From positions 1,083,734 through 1,147,733 of the forward strand of contig NW_018408136.1 of the NCBI RefSeq assembly GCF_002113885.1: a DNA stretch of 64,000 nucleotides, in the 5' to 3' direction. Position numbers and translations under genes: made by a program. The notes under the pieces are model-generated. The model saw only the letters and a program-made list of their open reading frames with translations, was not told where the DNA came from and did not search any database. Each line of letters opens with the position of its first letter. The first letter of the stretch is position 1. This stretch comes from Mizuhopecten yessoensis (Eukaryota). This document shows, one piece after another, positions 62,851 through 64,000 of the stretch.

Positions 62851-63613
62851 GTTCTTCAATGACAAAATATGACCACTATACACGAAATGAAGGTAAATTG
62901 TTTGTTAAGTTACTTGTACGTTTTTATTGTTTCTTATTGCACAACAATACCATCCTCTGTGATTGTTTTTGGCATAGGAAACATGCACGATTTTACGTTA
63001 ATGGTATATATTCAAGATTTTGAGTCGCAGGTACAGATCTAATTGATGCGCACTATTTCTTGAAAGTGTTAATCTGAAATATATCCTTAATTACAATGTT
63101 CTCCTGAAAAAATCATTGATAAAACTGAATTCGAACATTTTTGGGCTGAAATTAGTTCTGGTACTAGCTTCGCAATTTCATTTGAATGAGACCATTACGC
63201 GGCCATCTTAGAACCCAGGAAAAGCTCAACTCTTTGGAGTGTAATCTACATATCTGACGAATTTTTTTCCTGACACTTTTCCCGCAGATAGGGATGATAG
63301 GCAGTGTGTGCGCTGGACCCCCACAGGGAAAGGCTTTCATCGAGACATACCGGGATATACCAACTGTCACAAATCATGTACAAATAAACATTTTCGCTGA
63401 AAATCCGCGCTCAAATCAAGGTTATTGACCAAAATGTTATCGTAACGCAGCCATGCAGTTAGAGATAAAAGTCGATTTGTGCACTTAATGACGAGATGTT
63501 CTTAGCTCAAATTGGAGTACACTTCAGACAGACTAAACACATGTTACTTAAAGTATGCCAAAGCTGCTACGGCATCTAGTACACGAAGAGCATGGCCTCG
63601 TCAGGGTACCAGG

Positions 63614-64000
63614 CATTCCTAACCCCGTATCAGTACAGCCGTATTCAGCCTTGGTTAGGATTAGGCGATTACATATGATAACATTCCTAACCCCATATCA
63701 GTACAGCCATGGTCAGCAATGATCAGCCTTGCTTAAGTTTTGGCGATTACAGTTTATGACATCCCCAACCCAGTATCAGCACAGCCGTGTTCGCCATGGT
63801 TAAGATTATGTGATTACACTTTATGACATCCCGAACCTAGTACCAGTACAGCCGTGTTCAGGCTTGGTAAGGATTATGAGATTACAGTTTCTGACATCCC
63901 TTACCCCGCATCAGTACAGCCGTGTTCGCCATGGTTAAGATTATGTGATTACACTTTATGACATCCCTAACCTAGTACCAGTACAGCCGTGTTCGCCATG
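63614..64000. repeat. 67/68-bp tandem repeat running off the window end
   Basis: Unit starts (CAT(T/C)CC) at 63614, 63682, 63760, 63827, 63895 and 63962. Confidence 0.93.

Overview
AT-rich eukaryotic genomic DNA with no prokaryotic gene organisation. The SINE, LINE and MITE types point to a marine invertebrate, probably a bivalve mollusc (inference). About half of the window (~33 kb) is tandem repeat. The arrays have unit lengths of 32 bp (3.15-8.0 kb), 37 bp (9.9-12.4 kb), a mosaic of 42/43 bp (16.1-28.3 kb, with an internal fold-back inversion), 46 bp, 36 bp, 32 bp (expanded inside a SINE), 27 bp (33.9-44.0 kb), 54 bp, 30 bp and 67/68 bp. Most long ORFs in the track are translations of these repeats. 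Between the arrays lie a 1.18-kb fold-back TIR element, several small palindromic MITEs and tRNA-derived SINEs. There is also a decayed Gypsy integrase split by a 5'-truncated LINE, a decayed Penelope-like RT and a probable Mab-21/cGAS-like pseudogene. A few splice-flanked exon candidates are present but cannot be assigned with confidence. No intact protein-coding gene, RNA gene or CRISPR system can be supported. The most notable theme is minisatellites arising from specific parts of transposable elements. Family assignments rest on motif recognition by eye, not on database searches.
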